A stretch of DNA of 59,745 nucleotides from positions 3,513-63,257 of the forward strand of contig CAYRAF010000002.1 of the NCBI GenBank assembly GCA_964422195.1. The letters run 5' to 3'. The translations under genes were made by a program, and so were the position numbers. The notes below the pieces were generated by a model. That model worked only from the letters and a program-made list of their open reading frames with translations, made no database searches and had not been told where the DNA came from. Each line of letters begins with the position of its first letter. Position 1 is the stretch's first letter. This stretch comes from an uncultured Muribaculaceae bacterium. Lineage in GTDB: Bacteria; Bacillota_I; Bacilli_A; RF39; UBA660. Positions 48,131 to 58,706 of this stretch are shown here, piece after piece.

Positions 48131-50215
48131 TTATATTTTCTTTAATGCTTTATGATTCTTCATTAATTTCTTTATTCCATAAGGATGTTTAAATGCTATT
48201 GTAATTAATGTATTTGTTACTTCTAATACCCTACCATTTCCAAATACATCATGATATACAAAATCATTTACTTGATAATCAACATCTTCATCATAAAATT
48301 TATCTTCTTTAACAAAAGTTTTATCTGCCTCTTTTTCTATTGGAGTATTTAAAAGATTACTATCTATTTCTTTTACAAATCTACTTGGTAGATTGACTTG
48401 TACTTGTCCAAATAGCATTCTACTTCTAGCATTAACTAAATATAATTTTTCTCTAGCTCTTGTAATAGCTACATAGCACAATCTTCTTTCTTCCTCTAAT
48501 TCTGAGGAATCCATCATAGAATTCATGTGAGGAAATATACCTTCTTCCAAGCCAACTACAAATACGTAATCAAATTCTAATCCTTTAACCGAATGTACTG
48601 TCATTAGACTTACTCTATTAGTATCATCCTTATACTCTTCTACATCAGATATTAAACTTATTTCTAATAAAAAATCTTCTAGTGATACTAATCCTTCTCT
48701 TTCTTCAAAGGCTCTTGTAATAGACTTAAACTCTTCTAAGTTTTCTAATCTAATATCAGCTTCTAATGATTTTTCATCCTCAAGTTCTTTTTTTAATCCG
48801 CTTGCTTCTAATGTTTTATCAATTAATTCAGTTAAAGTAGCATTATCACTAAATTTTCTTAATTTTTCTATTAATTCTTTGAATTCTAATTCTTTAGAAC
48901 CTTCTATTGCTTCATAATAACTAGTATTATTTATCTCAGCTTTATCAATAATATTTTGAATAGTTCTTAAACCTATTCCCCTTTTTGGAGTATTAATAAC
49001 TCTAAGTAGACTAACATTATCTTTAGGATTATGAATTAATCTAAGATATGCGATTAAATCTTTTATTTCTTTTCTACTATAGAAATAAAAACTACCTACT
49101 ACTCTATAGGGCATATTCTCTTGTAAGAAAGCTTCTTCTAGATTTCTTGATTGAGCATTAGTACGATAAAGAATTGCGATTTCATCATAGTTTTTACCAT
49201 TACTAATAATTTTCTTTATTTCGTTAATAACGTATCTAGCTTCATCTTTTTCATCATTTGCTTTATGATACTCTATCTTTTCACCATCACCCTTTTGAGA
49301 CCATAAATTTTTTTCTTTTCTATTCTTATTATTTCTAATAACACAATTAGCAGCATCTAATATATTTTTAGTTGAACGATAATTTTCCTCTAATAATATA
49401 ACCTTACTATTAGGATAATCTCTTTCAAAGTTTAATATATTTTTATAATTAGCACCTCTAAATCCATAAATAGCTTGATCATTATCTCCAACACAACAAA
49501 TATTTTGATATTTACTAGAAATCATTTTTGTTAATATATATTGCGCTTCATTTGTATCTTGATATTCATCTATTAAAATATATTTATATCTTTCCTGATA
49601 TTTTTCCAATACTTCTTTATTTTCTTTAAATAATTTTATAGGTAATATAAGCAAATCATCAAAATCAACAGAATTGTTTTCTTTTAAAGTTTGTTCATAT
49701 TTAGTAAAAACTTTATGAACAACTTCTTCAAATTCACTAACTACAAATTTAGTATAAGCATCAGGAGTAATGAGTTCATTCTTACAGCTACTTATTTTAT
49801 TTCTTATAGCTTTAGGATTATAAATTTTAGGATCAAGTCCCATATTCTTTAATATTTTTTTAACAATAGTTAACGAATCATCACTATCCATAATACTAAA
49901 ATTAGATTCATATCCTAAATATTTATAGTTTTCCCTTAATAATTTCAAACCAAAACTATGAAATGTAGATATTTGAATATTTTTAGATAAAGAACCTACT
50001 AAAGCATTAATTCTTTCTTTCATCTCTTTAGCAGCTTTATTAGTAAAAGTGATAGCTAGTATATTATATGGGCTAACATCTTTTTCTGAAATTAAATACG
50101 CTATTTTAGTAGTTAATACTTTAGTTTTACCCGAACCTGCTCCTGCTAATATTAAAAGAGGTCCTTCGTTATATAAAACAGCCTCTTTTTGTTTTTCATT
50201 TAATTCCTCTATCAT
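48131..50215 (-). CDS. pcrA: ATP-dependent DNA helicase PcrA (UvrD family)
   Basis: Motifs GAGSGKT, DEYQDT and VHSVKGLEF. Shows the pcrA-ligA synteny. Confidence 0.9.
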   Translation of the reverse strand: MIEELNEKQKEAVLYNEGPLLILAGAGSGKTKVLTTKIAYLISEKDVSPYNILAITFTNKAAKEMKERINALVGSLSKNIQISTFHSFGLKLLRENYKYLGYESNFSIMDSDDSLTIVKKILKNMGLDPKIYNPKAIRNKISSCKNELITPDAYTKFVVSEFEEVVHKVFTKYEQTLKENNSVDFDDLLILPIKLFKENKEVLEKYQERYKYILIDEYQDTNEAQYILTKMISSKYQNICCVGDNDQAIYGFRGANYKNILNFERDYPNSKVILLEENYRSTKNILDAANCVIRNNKNRKEKNLWSQKGDGEKIEYHKANDEKDEARYVINEIKKIISNGKNYDEIAILYRTNAQSRNLEEAFLQENMPYRVVGSFYFYSRKEIKDLIAYLRLIHNPKDNVSLLRVINTPKRGIGLRTIQNIIDKAEINNTSYYEAIEGSKELEFKELIEKLRKFSDNATLTELIDKTLEASGLKKELEDEKSLEADIRLENLEEFKSITRAFEEREGLVSLEDFLLEISLISDVEEYKDDTNRVSLMTVHSVKGLEFDYVFVVGLEEGIFPHMNSMMDSSELEEERRLCYVAITRAREKLYLVNARSRMLFGQVQVNLPSRFVKEIDSNLLNTPIEKEADKTFVKEDKFYDEDVDYQVNDFVYHDVFGNGRVLEVTNTLITIAFKHPYGIKKLMKNHKALKKI

Positions 50216-50235
50216 GTTATCACTACCTTCATATG

Positions 50236-50595
50236 TTATATTTCTTTTACTAATTTTTTAGTGTTTACAAAAGTTTTATCACGATTTATTTTACCAAATA
50301 TACCGTATAAGTCTATACCCGTAATAGTTAAATCAATATTACTAAAAGATATATTAATCTCTTTATCACTTAATATAATCATGGGGCTTATTTTTTTATT
50401 TTGATTTTTATATGCATGATATATATGTTTTAAAAATGGTATTATTATATTATCATTATCTACCACTATAGTTCTATCAAAATCAAAAGTAAATACTGCA
50501 ATCTCATGATCATAATCTATTTTAATATTATGATTAGTATTTGAAACAATATATTTATTACTTGCTGTTGTTAATTTTTCAAAACTATCATTCAT
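50236..50595 (-). CDS. hypothetical protein
   Basis: 119-aa ORF with no motif. Confidence 0.45.
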   Translation of the reverse strand: MNDSFEKLTTASNKYIVSNTNHNIKIDYDHEIAVFTFDFDRTIVVDNDNIIIPFLKHIYHAYKNQNKKISPMIILSDKEINISFSNIDLTITGIDLYGIFGKINRDKTFVNTKKLVKEI

Positions 50596-50605
50596 TAATA
50601 CTACC

Positions 50606-50782
50606 TCAATTTTTGTTTATCATTTTTATCTTTAATGTTCCCGCTTTAATTGGATGACAAAGTCTAACACTTATTTCATATCCATCAGTTCTAGTTATTG
50701 TAACTTCACCATTTTCCATTAAAGAAGTCAATTCTTTGAAATTTAAGTAAACATTTACATGTTTTCTATGCTCATTATCCAT
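50606..50782 (-). CDS. small hypothetical protein (58 aa)
   Basis: I chose the start at MDNEHRK, which is preceded by AGGAGTGG. No motif. Confidence 0.4.
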   Translation of the reverse strand: MDNEHRKHVNVYLNFKELTSLMENGEVTITRTDGYEISVRLCHPIKAGTLKIKMINKN

Positions 50783-50837
50783 CCAAACCACTCCTATAAT
50801 AATCATATCAAATATACTAAATTATGACAATTATTTT

Positions 50838-51119
50838 TTATCTAAATAAATTAGCATGACTACCAGTCCTAGTTAATATTAATTCCAAAGTATTATTTTT
50901 AATTTTATATATAAGTAACCAATCTGGTTCTATATGACATTCTCTTAATCCTTCATATTTTCCATGTAAGGTATGATCTTTATAAGATATATCTAATATT
51001 TCCCTATTTGCAAGCATATCAACAACCTTTTCCAATTTTGTAATATCATTACCTTGTTTTCTTATCTTTACATAATCTTTCTTATATTGTTTAGTAACAA
51101 CTATATCTAATCTGTCCAT
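50838..51119 (-). CDS. yafQ: type II toxin, YafQ/RelE-family mRNA interferase
   Basis: Motifs KQYKKDYVK...L...YKDH.L.G.....ECHI.PDWLLIY......L.L.RTGSH. The C-terminal catalytic histidine region is present. Overlaps the antitoxin stop. Confidence 0.8.
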   Translation of the reverse strand: MDRLDIVVTKQYKKDYVKIRKQGNDITKLEKVVDMLANREILDISYKDHTLHGKYEGLRECHIEPDWLLIYKIKNNTLELILTRTGSHANLFR

Positions 51120-51382
51120 TTTTCTGCATCCTCAAATAACTCTTTTGTTGATTTATATCTAACAGCATCTTCACCAATTGAATAAGCTTCTTCTATGGCT
51201 TTTTTTGTCTCTTCATTATAATCATCAAAGCCAAGTTTAAAAGGAAGGCCATTTTCAATACATACTCTTTTTAAAAACATATTAACTGCGACACTCATAT
51301 TAATTCCTAAATCAGCAAGTATTTCTTCTGCTTGTAGTTTAATATCACTATTTACTCTTACATGTAATACAACATCTTTCAT
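51107..51382 (-). CDS. dinJ: type II antitoxin, RelB/DinJ family
   Basis: N-terminal ribbon-helix-helix (V.VR.D...K..AE.IL..LG...S.A...FL). Positioned upstream of yafQ. Confidence 0.8.
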   Translation of the reverse strand: MKDVVLHVRVNSDIKLQAEEILADLGINMSVAVNMFLKRVCIENGLPFKLGFDDYNEETKKAIEEAYSIGEDAVRYKSTKELFEDAEKWTD

Positions 51383-51404
51383 AATATCACCTCATAATAA
51401 AATC

Positions 51405-51422
51405 GTATCACATATGTGATAC
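51405..51422. promoter_or_regulatory. perfect 18-bp palindrome GTATCACATATGTGATAC, probable DinJ-YafQ operator
   Basis: Lies 23 nt upstream of the dinJ start codon and overlaps a plausible TTGTAA-17-TACGAT promoter. Confidence 0.55.
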
Positions 51423-51456
51423 AATTACAATATTTTTATTTTATTGTTATATTTAA

Positions 51457-52065
51457 TTAAGCATTTGCTTTTTGTTTTACAAGCTTTAATGCTTTATCTG
51501 GTTCTTTTACAGATAATTCATAATTATCTTTCCAACAGTTTCCTACAATGTGTTCCTCTAATAATGTTTCTTCAAATTCTTTACCCATATTATTTTTTAC
51601 AATTATACTAATATCTCTTTCACGTTTTAATACAGGAATTTTTTTATCGTTAACTCTTATTTTATATCTTGTCCTAATAAGTTTTGATTTTTTTAATAGT
51701 TCTACATTAGTATTAACATTTAATCTTTTTAGAGCTATTGATAACTTGGATAAATTTTCTTCGGAATCTATTTTGTTTTTATTCTTCCAATGATATTGTG
51801 CAAAGAATTCTATGGAAGTTCCAAGCATAAAACATGGCACTCCAAAAAACAAACCGGAAAGTATAAGTATATTTGGTATATTCTGAGTTAACTCACTTAA
51901 ATTAGTTGTCCCTGAAGAAAGATTAGTAATCCCAAGTAAACTAGGAAATCCTATAAATGCACCTGTTCCTGTAAAACGTCCAATATCCAAACATTTCTTT
52001 AAACAAACACCATTATTAGCGTAATCTATTTCTTCCATTAAATCACGATCATATTTAATTTTCAT
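51457..52065 (-). CDS. hypothetical membrane protein
   Basis: Two central hydrophobic helices and a charged C-terminal domain. Confidence 0.5.
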   Translation of the reverse strand: MKIKYDRDLMEEIDYANNGVCLKKCLDIGRFTGTGAFIGFPSLLGITNLSSGTTNLSELTQNIPNILILSGLFFGVPCFMLGTSIEFFAQYHWKNKNKIDSEENLSKLSIALKRLNVNTNVELLKKSKLIRTRYKIRVNDKKIPVLKRERDISIIVKNNMGKEFEETLLEEHIVGNCWKDNYELSVKEPDKALKLVKQKANA

Positions 52066-52092
52066 ACTATCACCTCCAAGTGTTTATTATTA

Positions 52093-52122
52093 TACATAAA
52101 AAAAAGACTTGTATCAAGTCTT
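52093..52122 (-). terminator. rho-independent terminator of the rpoA-rplQ operon
   Basis: The minus-strand RNA is AAGACUUG-AUA-CAAGUCUU followed by U8. The stem overlaps the rplQ stop codon. Confidence 0.7.
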
Positions 52123-52564
52123 ACTTTGCAGCTTTAGTAGCCTTTTTTTCAGTTTTCTTTTCTTCCTTTACAGGTTTCTTTTCAACTTTTTTTGTTTCTT
52201 TTTTTTCTTTTGCTTCAGCTTTTTCTACTAATTCTAAAATAACCATTAAAGCATCGTCTCCACGTCTTTCAGTTAATTTTAAAATTCTAGTATATCCACC
52301 ATTTCTTTTTTCAAATCTTTTAGCTAAGTCATTGAATATTTTATTCATAACTTCTTTGTCATTACGTACAATTGCTAAAGCTTTACGTCTAGCAACTAAA
52401 CTACCATCTTTACCATAAGTAATTAATTTATCAACTAATTTTCTAGTTTCTTTAGCTCTAGTTTGTGTAGTTGTAATAGTTTCGTTCATAATAACATCAA
52501 TAGCTTGGTTAGCAAGTAAACTTTTTCTATGTTTACAAGTTCTTCCTAGTTTTCTATATGCCAT
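52121..52564 (-). CDS. rplQ: 50S ribosomal protein L17 with Lys/Glu-rich C-terminal extension
   Basis: MAYRKLGR...H.. start and the position after rpoA. The last 35 or so residues are KE-rich. Confidence 0.9.
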   Translation of the reverse strand: MAYRKLGRTCKHRKSLLANQAIDVIMNETITTTQTRAKETRKLVDKLITYGKDGSLVARRKALAIVRNDKEVMNKIFNDLAKRFEKRNGGYTRILKLTERRGDDALMVILELVEKAEAKEKKETKKVEKKPVKEEKKTEKKATKAAK

Positions 52565-52582
52565 GTTAATTCCTCCTTACTA

Positions 52583-53533
52583 TTAATCATCTTCACGTAA
52601 TTCTAAACCTAATTCTTTAACTTTATCAAGTACTTCTTTTAAAGACTTTCTTCCTAAATTACGTATTTTCATCATTTCTGATTCACTCTTATTTACTAAA
52701 TCTTGTAAATTATGAATTCCAGCACGTTTTAAACAGTTATAAGCACGAACTGAGAAGTCTAAATCTTCAATTGTAGTTACTAATGCTTTTGTTTTTGGAT
52801 CTTCTGTTTTTTCAACCATCATTCCAGTTACATCAGCAATTTTATTAGTATCTGCAACTAAATTGAAGTGTTCAATTAAGATTCTTGCTCCTAAAGCAAT
52901 AGCTTCTTCTGGTTTCATTGAACCATCTGTCCATACTTCTAAGATTAATTTATCATAACTTTCATCTTGTCCAACACGAGCACTTTCTACATCATAAGAT
53001 ACTCTCTCAATTGGAGAATATAATGAATCTATAGCAATTACTCCGTTTTTTCTAGTTTCTATTTTCTTTTTATTCTCTTCACTTCTTACATATCCACGAC
53101 CATTAGTAACAGTCATTTCCATGTTTAATTTTCCACCTTTAGCAATATGAGCAATTACTTTATCAGGATTTAATATTTCAATATCAGCATCTCTGTCAAT
53201 ATCTCCTGCAGTAACAACCCCTTCTTCAGTGGCATTAATTCTAATAACTCTTGGTTCATTTGAATGATTTTTTACAACTACTCCTTTTAAGTTAAGAATA
53301 ATGCTTGTAACATCTTCTCTTACACCTTCAATTGTTTGAAATTCATGTTGAACTCCATCAATTTTAATACTACTAATAGCAGATCCTGGTAATGAAGATA
53401 ATAGTACTCTTCTAAGTGCATTTCCAATTGTAGTTCCAAAACCTCTTTCTAAAGGTTCTAATTCAAACTTTCCATAAAAATTACTTTCAATACTATCTGT
53501 GATTTTATAATTTGGTTTTTCAAATTCTATCAT
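52583..53533 (-). CDS. rpoA: DNA-directed RNA polymerase subunit alpha
   Basis: Motifs LERGFGTTIGNALRRVLLSSLPG and the C-terminal-domain block SVRAYNCLKRAGI. Confidence 0.95.
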   Translation of the reverse strand: MIEFEKPNYKITDSIESNFYGKFELEPLERGFGTTIGNALRRVLLSSLPGSAISSIKIDGVQHEFQTIEGVREDVTSIILNLKGVVVKNHSNEPRVIRINATEEGVVTAGDIDRDADIEILNPDKVIAHIAKGGKLNMEMTVTNGRGYVRSEENKKKIETRKNGVIAIDSLYSPIERVSYDVESARVGQDESYDKLILEVWTDGSMKPEEAIALGARILIEHFNLVADTNKIADVTGMMVEKTEDPKTKALVTTIEDLDFSVRAYNCLKRAGIHNLQDLVNKSESEMMKIRNLGRKSLKEVLDKVKELGLELREDD

Positions 53534-53549
53534 AAACTAACCTCCTATT

Positions 53550-53933
53550 TTATCCACGTGGACGCTTTGGTGGGCGACATCCGTTATGTGGGATTGGTGT
53601 TACATCACTAATTGTAGTTACTTCTAATCCTGCAGTTTGTAATGAACGAATCGCAGTTTCACGTCCTGGACCTAATCCTTTAACCTTAACTTCTACTTTA
53701 CGCATTCCTAAATCATAAGCAGCTTTACCAGCAGCTTCTGCGGCAATTCCTGCAGCAAAAGGTGTTGATTTTTTACTACCTTTATATCCGATTGCTCCAC
53801 TTGATGCCCAAGCTACTACATTTCCATCTTTATCAGTAAGTGTAGTAATTGTATTATTAAATGTTGAATGAATATGTGCTATTCCTTCTGGAACATTCTT
53901 TTTTACTTTTCTTTTTCTTGTTTTATAAGCCAT
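53550..53933 (-). CDS. rpsK: 30S ribosomal protein S11
   Basis: Motifs [13 protein letters not shown]...[12 protein letters not shown]. Confidence 0.95.
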   Translation of the reverse strand: MAYKTRKRKVKKNVPEGIAHIHSTFNNTITTLTDKDGNVVAWASSGAIGYKGSKKSTPFAAGIAAEAAGKAAYDLGMRKVEVKVKGLGPGRETAIRSLQTAGLEVTTISDVTPIPHNGCRPPKRPRG

Positions 53934-53965
53934 AGTTTAACCTCCTTTTTCATATATTAAACTTT

Positions 53966-54331
53966 CTATTTCTTTTTGTTTGCTACAGTCTTACCTTTAC
54001 CTTTACGAGTACGTGCGTTTCTATTAGTTCTTTGTCCTCTTACAGGTAATCCTTTTTTATGACGAGTTCCTTCATATGAATTGATTTCCATCTTAGTTTT
54101 AATATTCATATTTACTTCACGTCTTAAATCACCTTCTATTAACTCATGATCTAAGCCTTCACGAATTTTTGCTAACTCATCTTCTGTTAAATCCTTAACT
54201 TTTGTATCTGGATTTACTTTTGCATTTTTAAGTATTTTGTTTGATAAAGATCTACCTACTCCATAAATATAAGTTAATGATATTTCAACTCTTTTATTAT
54301 CAGGTACATCTACACCTTTAATACGTGCCAT
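53966..54331 (-). CDS. rpsM: 30S ribosomal protein S13
   Basis: MARI.GVD.P start, the SLTYIYGVG block and a basic C-terminus. Confidence 0.95.
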   Translation of the reverse strand: MARIKGVDVPDNKRVEISLTYIYGVGRSLSNKILKNAKVNPDTKVKDLTEDELAKIREGLDHELIEGDLRREVNMNIKTKMEINSYEGTRHKKGLPVRGQRTNRNARTRKGKGKTVANKKK

Positions 54332-54346
54332 TTAATACACCTCCTA

Positions 54347-54460
54347 TTAACCTTGTCTTTGTTTGTGTTTTGGATTTTCACAAATTACCATAACTCTTCC
54401 GTTACGTCTAATGATTTTGCACTTTGCGCACATCTTTTTTACTGATGGTTTAACTTTCAT
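54347..54460 (-). CDS. rpmJ: 50S ribosomal protein L36
   Basis: My translation is [37 protein letters not shown] (37 aa). It was missed by the ORF track because of its length. Confidence 0.9.
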   Translation of the reverse strand: MKVKPSVKKMCAKCKIIRRNGRVMVICENPKHKQRQG

Positions 54461-54474
54461 TTTTATCCCTCCTA

Positions 54475-54690
54475 TTATTTCCTATAGGTTATTCGCCCAC
54501 GTGTTAAATCATAAGGCGATAATTCTAGCATTACTGTATCTCCCGGTAAGATGCGAATGTAATTCATTCGGATTTTACCAGAAACGTGAGCTTCTACTTC
54601 ATGTCCATTTTCCAGTTGGACTTTAAATTTTCCACCTGGTATAATTTCTAGAACTTTTCCTTCTACTTCAATTGTATCACTTTTGGCCAT
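54475..54690 (-). CDS. infA: translation initiation factor IF-1
   Basis: Motifs MAK.D.IE.EG.V......F.V.LENGH...AH.SGK.R...IRILPGD.V..E.SPYDL.RGRI.YR. Confidence 0.95.
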   Translation of the reverse strand: MAKSDTIEVEGKVLEIIPGGKFKVQLENGHEVEAHVSGKIRMNYIRILPGDTVMLELSPYDLTRGRITYRK

Positions 54691-55441
54691 TTTTCCACTC
54701 TCCTGTCAAAATTTCATATCCATCTTTAGTTACTACTAAAGTATGTTCATAATGAGCAGCGTTTTTCTCATCAAATGTCTCTATAGTCCAATCATCATCT
54801 AACATACATATATCAGGATCACCAGCTGTTAACATTGGTTCTATAGCTATAACCATTCCTTCTCTAAGTAATGGTCCAGATCCCTTTCTTCCATAATTTG
54901 GAACTTCAGGATCTTCATGAACAGAAGTTCCTACACCATGTCCAACTAACTCTTTAACCACTCCTAAATTATGTTTGATTGCATATTGTTCTATAGCATA
55001 TCCGATATCACCAATTCGGTTTCCTGGTTTAACTTGCTTTAATCCCTCATATAAAGATTTTTCTGTATGCTCTAACAAGTATTTATCATCATCAGATATT
55101 TCTCCAACTGCATAACTCCAAGCTGAATCACCATGATAACCTTTATAACAAGCTCCAATATCAATAGATATTATATCGCCATTTTTCAATTTATAATCCC
55201 CTGGTATACCATGTACAACTTGTTGATTAACACTAGTACATAGAGTAGCAGGAAATCCATTGTATCCTTTAAAAGAAGGAGTAGCATCTTTAGATCTAAT
55301 AAAATCTTCTGCTAATTTATCCAACTCTTTTGTTGTAATACCTTCTTTTACATATGGTTCTAGATACTTATGTGTTTGATAAACAATATTACCAGCTATT
55401 CTAAGTAGCTCTATTTCTCTTTCACTCTTAATAGTAATCAT
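54677..55441 (-). CDS. map: type I methionine aminopeptidase
   Basis: Metal ligands are in context ([23 protein letters not shown]). Confidence 0.9.
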   Translation of the reverse strand: MITIKSEREIELLRIAGNIVYQTHKYLEPYVKEGITTKELDKLAEDFIRSKDATPSFKGYNGFPATLCTSVNQQVVHGIPGDYKLKNGDIISIDIGACYKGYHGDSAWSYAVGEISDDDKYLLEHTEKSLYEGLKQVKPGNRIGDIGYAIEQYAIKHNLGVVKELVGHGVGTSVHEDPEVPNYGRKGSGPLLREGMVIAIEPMLTAGDPDICMLDDDWTIETFDEKNAAHYEHTLVVTKDGYEILTGEWKNGQK

Positions 55442-55451
55442 CGGCTACCTC

Positions 55452-56105
55452 TTATTTTTCCAATATTTCTAATGCTTGTTTTAATGTGTAACCTGGATCT
55501 TTAGAACTATCTATTTTAACAAGCACTCCTTTATCTTCATAAAACTTAATTAAAGGTTCTGTTTTCTCTAGGTAAGTAGCATATCTATTTTCAAATGATT
55601 CTTCATTATCATCACTTCTTTGATATAACTCTCCACCACAATTATCGCAAATACCTTCTACCTTAGGCATAATACCTGCGGATGAAATATGGAATATTGC
55701 TCCACAGTCTTTACAAATTCTTCTACCTGTTGCTCTTACTTTCAAGATTTCTTTATCTATTTGTAATTCCATTACACAACCTAAGTCCATATTTAATTTT
55801 TTAAGAATTTCATCATATTTCTTTGCTTGTTCAATATTTCTTGGAAATCCATCTAAGATATAACCATTTTTACAATCATCATCTTGTAACCTTCTTTCTA
55901 GAAGTTCATAGATAATTTCATCAGTAACTAATTCACCCTTTGCCATCATATCAGCAATTTTATTTCCTAATTCATCACCTTTTTTAGTTGCATCTCTAAG
56001 TAGATCTCCTGTTGAAATATGAGCATAACCAAACTTTTCTTTCAAAGTTTTAGCAAGTGTCCCCTTTCCTGCAGCTGGGGCAGCTAATAATATTAAATTC
56101 TTCAT
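55452..56105 (-). CDS. adk: adenylate kinase (zinc-lid type)
   Basis: P-loop AAGKGT and lid cysteines CKDCG...CDNCG. Confidence 0.9.
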   Translation of the reverse strand: MKNLILLAAPAAGKGTLAKTLKEKFGYAHISTGDLLRDATKKGDELGNKIADMMAKGELVTDEIIYELLERRLQDDDCKNGYILDGFPRNIEQAKKYDEILKKLNMDLGCVMELQIDKEILKVRATGRRICKDCGAIFHISSAGIMPKVEGICDNCGGELYQRSDDNEESFENRYATYLEKTEPLIKFYEDKGVLVKIDSSKDPGYTLKQALEILEK

Positions 56106-57367
56106 TATCTTCTTTGATATCCCTTCTTAAAATTTCTTGCCATTAAGCTTCCTTCTAATTGTTTATAAGTTTCAAGAGCAACTCCAACTACGATTAATAA
56201 TCCAGTACCTCCAATACTTACAGAATTATCAAGTTTAGTTACTGCACTAAATATAATTGGAAGTCCTGCAAGTATAACTAAGAATATTGCTCCAACTATT
56301 GTTATTCTAGATAATACTCTAGATATATATTTTTCGGTTTCTTTTCCTGGTCTAACTCCTGGAATATATCCACCATTATCTTGTAAATTCTTTGCCATTT
56401 CTTCTGGTTTTAATTGAATAAAAGTATAGAAGTATGAAAAGAATATTATAAATATTACATATAAACAGAATCCAACTGGTGTTGTATACATAATATAATT
56501 ATTTACAAAATCAGTAAATCCTTTATTTCCAATAAATTGTGCAATTGTTGCAGGTATAGCAATTAAACTTGATGCAAAAATTACTGGAATTACATTTGCT
56601 GAATTTAACTTGATAGGCATAAATTGGCCTCTCGCTAATGATATTGTTGATTTATTAGCATATTGAATAGGGATTCTTCTTTCAGCTTCTTGTACATATA
56701 TAACACCAATAACTATTAAGAAATATACTATTACAAATGCTGCAAATTTTAATATTCCTGTTATAGTTTCAGATGTAGTACCTATTGTAACTAATCCATT
56801 AAAAGCTGTTACAAACATATTAGGTAATGTTGCTACAATACCTGCCATGATTATAAGTGAAACTCCATTGCCAATTCCTATTTGAGTAATTTGATCACCT
56901 AACCATAATAGGAATGCTGTACCACCTGTTAATATTACAGCCATATATACATGTTCTAAAGTTGAATATCCTTTTAAATAAGCATATGAGAATGCAAATC
57001 CTTCAATAAAGGCAAATACTATACCCATATATCTTGTTATTTGATTTAACTTTTGTCTACCAACATGTCCTTGATCCTTTAACTCTGTAAAATATGGAAT
57101 AATGTCCATTTGTAAAAGTTGCATAATGATTGATGCAGTGATATAAGGCATAACACCTAAACCAAAGATTGAAAATCTCTTTAAGGCACCTCCACCCATC
57201 GCATTCATTAACTCTAAGAATCCAAGGTTTGTAGTTAAATCTGTTGTTCCTGGTACTCTAATTGTAGTACCTACTATAAATACTATTAATATAAAAAGTG
57301 TAAATAAGATTCTTTTTCTTAAATCTTTATTTTCTCTTTTAAATATTTGCTTTAAGGGTGCAAACAT
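56105..57367 (-). CDS. secY: preprotein translocase subunit SecY
   Basis: Ten-TM protein. Motifs FSIFGLGVMPYITASII and the position between rplO and adk. Confidence 0.95.
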   Translation of the reverse strand: MFAPLKQIFKRENKDLRKRILFTLFILIVFIVGTTIRVPGTTDLTTNLGFLELMNAMGGGALKRFSIFGLGVMPYITASIIMQLLQMDIIPYFTELKDQGHVGRQKLNQITRYMGIVFAFIEGFAFSYAYLKGYSTLEHVYMAVILTGGTAFLLWLGDQITQIGIGNGVSLIIMAGIVATLPNMFVTAFNGLVTIGTTSETITGILKFAAFVIVYFLIVIGVIYVQEAERRIPIQYANKSTISLARGQFMPIKLNSANVIPVIFASSLIAIPATIAQFIGNKGFTDFVNNYIMYTTPVGFCLYVIFIIFFSYFYTFIQLKPEEMAKNLQDNGGYIPGVRPGKETEKYISRVLSRITIVGAIFLVILAGLPIIFSAVTKLDNSVSIGGTGLLIVVGVALETYKQLEGSLMARNFKKGYQRR

Positions 57368-57368
57368 A

Positions 57369-57812
57369 CTAGATCACCTCAGCTTTACTTCCTGACTTTT
57401 CTATTTTCTCTAAAGCACTTTTAGAAAACTTATGTGCTTGTATAGTAAGTTTCTTATCTAGTTCTCCACTACCCAAAACTTTTATTCCATCTCTTTGTTG
57501 TTTAACAACTCCACACTCTTTTAATAGTGCTGGTGTTACTGTTGTTCCATCTTCAAATCTATTTAAATCTCCTACATTGATAACTGCATATCTTGTTGTA
57601 AACATTGCATTACTAAAACCTCTTTTTGGAAGTCTTCTATATAAAGGTAATTGTCCACCTTCAAATACAGGTCTAACTCCTCCACCTGATCTTGCATTTT
57701 GTCCTTTTTGTCCTCTACCACTTGTTTTTCCTAAACCACTACCTGAACCTCTACCAACTCTTTTTTTAGAATGAGTAGCTCCAGGATTTTTTACTAATTC
57801 ATGTAATTTCAT
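57369..57812 (-). CDS. rplO: 50S ribosomal protein L15
   Basis: Motifs [20 protein letters not shown]. Confidence 0.95.
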   Translation of the reverse strand: MKLHELVKNPGATHSKKRVGRGSGSGLGKTSGRGQKGQNARSGGGVRPVFEGGQLPLYRRLPKRGFSNAMFTTRYAVINVGDLNRFEDGTTVTPALLKECGVVKQQRDGIKVLGSGELDKKLTIQAHKFSKSALEKIEKSGSKAEVI

Positions 57813-58321
57813 TATCCTAATATCTCCTCTACTGTTTTTCCTCTTAATTTAGCATATTCTTCAGGTGTTTTTATTTGTTGTAATGCATTTATTGTAGCAG
57901 CAGCCATATTAGCTGTTGTTCTAGATCCAAGTGATTTTGAAACAATGTCTTTAAATCCTGCAAGTTCTAATACTGCACGAACTGCACCACCAGCTATAAT
58001 TCCTTTACCTTCAACAGCAGGTTTAATCATAACTCTAGCAGCTCCGTTATTTCCAATTGCTTCATGTGCAATTGTTCTTCCATCAGTTATAGGTATAGTA
58101 ACAATATTCTTTGTTGCAGCTTGTATTGCTTTTTTTATTGCATCAGGTACTTCGTTTGCTTTTCCAATACCTAATCCAACTTTTCCTTTCTTATCTCCAA
58201 CTACAACAGTAGCAGAAAATCTACGTTGACGACCACCTTCTCTTACCTTAGTAACACCTTTGATCTCAACAACGATTTCTTCTAATGTTTTTTCTTTTGG
58301 AGCCATTTTTCTTTTTTGCAT
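57812..58321 (-). CDS. rpsE: 30S ribosomal protein S5
   Basis: Motifs V.KV..GGR...F.A.VVVGD..G.VG.G.GKA.EV. Its stop overlaps the rplO start, so there is no rpmD between them. Confidence 0.95.
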   Translation of the reverse strand: MQKRKMAPKEKTLEEIVVEIKGVTKVREGGRQRRFSATVVVGDKKGKVGLGIGKANEVPDAIKKAIQAATKNIVTIPITDGRTIAHEAIGNNGAARVMIKPAVEGKGIIAGGAVRAVLELAGFKDIVSKSLGSRTTANMAAATINALQQIKTPEEYAKLRGKTVEEILG

Positions 58322-58334
58322 AAATACCCTCCTA

Positions 58335-58688
58335 TTAGAATTCTAATCCTTTTTCACGTGCGGCATCTGCTAATGCTTTTACACGTCCATGATATTGGTA
58401 TCCACCTCTATCAAATACTACCTTTTTAATTCCTGCTTTTAAAGCTTTTTCTGCAACTGTTTCTCCTACTTTAGTAGCAGTTTCAATTGTATTAGCTTTT
58501 AACTTTAATTCTAAAGATGAAGCAGAAACGATAGTATTACCATTTTCATCATCAATGATTTGAGCGTAAATATTAGTGTTAGATCTATAAACACTTAGTC
58601 TTGGTACTGCAGTAGTTCCAAAAACTTTTGTTCTTACTCTAGCATGTCTAATTTCACGCATACTATTACGAGATTCTTTTTTTATCAT
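58335..58688 (-). CDS. rplR: 50S ribosomal protein L18
   Basis: Motifs RLSV.RS...IYAQIIDD and [23 protein letters not shown]. Confidence 0.95.
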   Translation of the reverse strand: MIKKESRNSMREIRHARVRTKVFGTTAVPRLSVYRSNTNIYAQIIDDENGNTIVSASSLELKLKANTIETATKVGETVAEKALKAGIKKVVFDRGGYQYHGRVKALADAAREKGLEF

Positions 58689-58706
58689 AAAAACTTCTCC
58701 CTTCTA

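Noticed and set aside
52121-52230. L17 has a Lys/Glu-rich C-terminal tail of about 35 aa.
   Set aside because: Low-complexity basic extensions on ribosomal proteins are common in AT-rich genomes. There is no independent evidence of a special function.
57800-57825. There is no rpmD (L30) gene between rpsE and rplO. The S5 stop overlaps the L15 start.
   Set aside because: Loss of L30 from this operon is known in several bacterial lineages. Nothing in the junction suggests a recent deletion or a pseudogene remnant.
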